Positions 61,431 through 64,000 of a DNA stretch of 64,000 bases are shown in pieces; the first letter of the stretch is position 1, and every line of letters begins with the position of its first letter. The notes beneath the pieces are model-generated. The model did no database searches, was not told where the DNA came from, and worked only from the letters and a program-made list of their open reading frames with translations. The DNA comes from a bacterium (lineage in GTDB: Bacteria; Zhuqueibacterota; Zhuqueibacteria; Residuimicrobiales; Krinioviventaceae): positions 2,048,001 through 2,112,000 of the forward strand of contig CAXXMD010000002.1 of NCBI GenBank assembly GCA_963675755.2, in the 5' to 3' direction. Both the position numbers and the translations under genes were made by a program.

Positions 61431-62048
61431 TTATCGGAGGTCAATCAATTCGTACTGGTCCATATTGGAAATTTTAAAATCATCTGCGGTGAGTTTGGTA
61501 TCCAAATCCACGGAATCCACAATATAGGTGGTTTCATTCTCATTTGCATCAATCTGCAATACCTTGTTGATCAGTTTAGAGTCCTTGTTCACCCACAAAT
61601 GTACCTGACGTACAAATTCATCCTGGCTTTTCGCTGTCAAATGTAAATGAACAATCCCCGATTTTTCTTCAACCCATTCAGCATTATAATCAGTAACATA
61701 TTTTTCAATAAAGCTCTTTAAAAAAGGTTGATCTCCACCCTGCTTGGCATCATTTACTATCACCTGATTATTGGCATAACTCAGCGTATACAGGGCCTTG
61801 CCATCATTGATGATCAGATTATCGGGATTCTCAAAGCGAAATTTTTCACCATCCTGCACAAATATTTTGCCGGCAATGGTAATCTCTTCTTTTGTCAGTT
61901 TCCATAAAAATTTCTGAGTAAAATGTATGCTTAAATCTTTATTAGATTTATAGGTCTTTTGCACATCTTTTAAAAGATCATTGGCATCATCTTTGGCAAA
62001 TGCCAGAGACACAAAACCAATCAATATCAATACTAAAATTTTCTTCAT
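61431..62048 (-). CDS. lolA: Outer-membrane lipoprotein carrier LolA family
   Basis: Signal peptide MKKILV; FTQ...GKI...KFRFE...IINDGK...NNQV pattern; conserved ftsK-lolA synteny. Confidence 0.82.
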   Translation of the reverse strand: MKKILVLILIGFVSLAFAKDDANDLLKDVQKTYKSNKDLSIHFTQKFLWKLTKEEITIAGKIFVQDGEKFRFENPDNLIINDGKALYTLSYANNQVIVNDAKQGGDQPFLKSFIEKYVTDYNAEWVEEKSGIVHLHLTAKSQDEFVRQVHLWVNKDSKLINKVLQIDANENETTYIVDSVDLDTKLTADDFKISNMDQYELIDLR

Positions 62049-62061
62049 TCTCAATGTTCCT

Positions 62062-64000
62062 CTATTCAAGATACTCATCATCATCGTCACTCATATTGTC
62101 CACAGCACCGTTTTCCATAGCTTCCAATTCTTCGGGCGAGATCAAAACTTCTCGCGCTTTACTGCCCTCAAACGGACCTACAACACCTGCGTCTTCCAGT
62201 TCATCAATAATCCTTGCGGCACGTGAATATCCAACTTTGAGGCGTCGCTGTATCAGCGATACTGAACCCTGCTGGTGCCGTACTACCAGTTTGAGTGCTT
62301 CATTAAACAAGGCGTCTCTATCTCCGCTGATTCCACCATAACTGGATGTTTCTTCAGCTTCTGTAAAGAGAGGCAGTGGTTTTTTATCTACCGGAGACTG
62401 ATGACGTATATGTTCAATAATGTTTTCAATCTCGTTCAAGTTTATAAACGCACAATGGATACGAATTGTTTCAGGACTTGCTGGTGGAAGATACAACATA
62501 TCTCCACGACCCAATAATTTTTCAGCTCCGTTTGTATCCAGAATGGTCCGGGAATCAATCTTGGAGGCAACCTGAAATGCCATACGTGCCGGAAAGTTTG
62601 CCTTGATCACACCTGTAATGACATCAACAGAAGGACGTTGTGTTGCTAAAATCAAATGGATCCCCACAGCACGAGACATCTGGGCCAATCTTGCAATAGG
62701 CTCTTCAACCTCTTTTGAGGCTTGCGAAGTCATCATCAAATCCGCCAGCTCATCAACAATGACGACCATATAGGGCAAAGTTTTCGTTTCTTCTTCACCT
62801 TCTGCCTGGTATATGCCATCACGAATACGTTCATTATATTCTTCTATATTCCTAACACCCGCTCCGGCCAGTTTTTCATAACGTCGTTCCATTTCCTGCT
62901 CAACAGATTTAAAGACCTGTATAGCAGACTTGGCCGATGTAGCTACTTTTTCCTTCGATCCCTGCACATAGCTCAAATGGTGCCTGAACAATTTGGCATA
63001 ATTTGACAATTCCAGTCGCTTCGGATCAATCAGTACAAACTGCACTTCTTCCGGTGTGGACTTGTACAAAAAGCTCATAATGATGGTATTCAAGCATACA
63101 CTCTTACCTGATCCGGTAGCACCCGCAACAAGCAAGTGTGGCATTTTAGCAAGATCGGCAATAAACGGTTTGCCTGATATCGTTTTACCCACAGCTATGG
63201 TCAGCGGAGATTTGGCTTCCTGAAATTCAGGTGTCTCTACAATTTCCCTAAGGAATACGGTTGCCGGATTCATGTTCGGCAATTCCACTCCCACTGCCGC
63301 CTTACCGGGCACAGGCGCAACAATACGGATGCGTTTCGCCCGCATGGTCATAGCAAGATCGTCTGCTAATGCGGTAATTCGTGATACTTTGACACCGGGA
63401 GCCGGTTCAAGTTCATATCGGGTAATCACAGGCCCGGGATGAATTTCCAATACAGTGGTTTTGATTCCAAAATCCGCCAGCTTGTCTTCAAGCATCCGTG
63501 CATTAGCCTGAAGCATATCTTCATCCACATAATCTTCCTGTTCATCAGGATAAAACATCAGATCCGTTGGTGGCTTTTCATAGGGTCTACCGGGAGGTGG
63601 TGGCGGTTCTTCATCCAAATCCACTTCATCTTCTTCAGATGTTTTCGCTTTATTACCCAGTTCCAGATTCAACTGTTCTTTCAAAGCCCCAATCTTTGCA
63701 GGATCAATAGGTGCTTTTTGCTGCTGCAACTCTTCGTCATATCCGGGATCCGATTCACCATACTCGGGATCATAATCAATAACAGGCTTGGGTTCGGGTC
63801 GGCCAAATATTTTAGGCTTGACTGGTACAGGCGGTTCTTCTTCCTCTTCGTCAACCTCGGGTTTCCGTACATTTTCACGCTGGTGCCGTACCAATGCCGG
63901 ACGCGGACGTTTTTGTTTTGCCGGTGTTTTAAAACTCTTTTTGAGGAAAATACCAGCCTGAAAGAAGAATTTGGTTAAAAATGTACTGATTATATTGTAC
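62062..64000 (-). CDS. ftsK: DNA translocase FtsK (N-terminus beyond the window)
   Basis: GPVITRYE, PHLLVAGATGSGKS, VDELADLMM, ATQRPSVDVITG and gamma-domain IQRRLKVGYSRAARII. The frame stays open to the window edge. Confidence 0.97.
   Translation of the reverse strand, partial: YNIISTFLTKFFFQAGIFLKKSFKTPAKQKRPRPALVRHQRENVRKPEVDEEEEEPPVPVKPKIFGRPEPKPVIDYDPEYGESDPGYDEELQQQKAPIDPAKIGALKEQLNLELGNKAKTSEEDEVDLDEEPPPPPGRPYEKPPTDLMFYPDEQEDYVDEDMLQANARMLEDKLADFGIKTTVLEIHPGPVITRYELEPAPGVKVSRITALADDLAMTMRAKRIRIVAPVPGKAAVGVELPNMNPATVFLREIVETPEFQEAKSPLTIAVGKTISGKPFIADLAKMPHLLVAGATGSGKSVCLNTIIMSFLYKSTPEEVQFVLIDPKRLELSNYAKLFRHHLSYVQGSKEKVATSAKSAIQVFKSVEQEMERRYEKLAGAGVRNIEEYNERIRDGIYQAEGEEETKTLPYMVVIVDELADLMMTSQASKEVEEPIARLAQMSRAVGIHLILATQRPSVDVITGVIKANFPARMAFQVASKIDSRTILDTNGAEKLLGRGDMLYLPPASPETIRIHCAFINLNEIENIIEHIRHQSPVDKKPLPLFTEAEETSSYGGISGDRDALFNEALKLVVRHQQGSVSLIQRRLKVGYSRAARIIDELEDAGVVGPFEGSKAREVLISPEELEAMENGAVDNMSDDDDEYLE

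Overview
64 kb of bacterial chromosome, AT-rich and Gram-negative. FlgD-Ig/T9SS-like C-terminal domains (NYPNPFNP motif), many lipoproteins and strong GGAG Shine-Dalgarno use suggest an FCB-group lineage such as KSB1, Calditrichota or Ignavibacteria; this is inference only. The left part (1-30.4 kb) is a mixed housekeeping and envelope region. It holds an RND efflux pump with a TetR regulator, a membrane-anchored wHTH regulator, a DoxX-oxidoreductase fusion, GDPD, flavodoxin, TonB, beta-barrels, a cold-shock protein, an ECF sigma/HEAT anti-sigma/29-aa repeat protein operon, ggt, ROK, an HxxxD acyltransferase, GH28, a sulfatase and a Gfo/Idh/MocA enzyme. The right part (30.4-60 kb) is an accessory, duplication-rich region. 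It holds two BNR/sialidase-like and three GH78 lipoproteins that all end in an Fn3-like+PA14 tail, a vapBC+FGE-domain cassette between direct repeats, a low-GC islet, lactate permease, GH28, and two secreted paralogs with near-identical ends and divergent cores. The window ends in SDR-lipoprotein-lolA-ftsK. The most unusual signal is non-coding: the intergenic spacers from 28.7 to 60 kb are built from several small repeat families stacked in recurring orders at gene junctions. These are two hairpin families with covarying stems, 7-nt periodic tracts directly after stop codons, ATCCGTGG boxes and GTAG-type REPs. No transposase, integrase, reverse transcriptase, cas gene, rRNA or tRNA was found.
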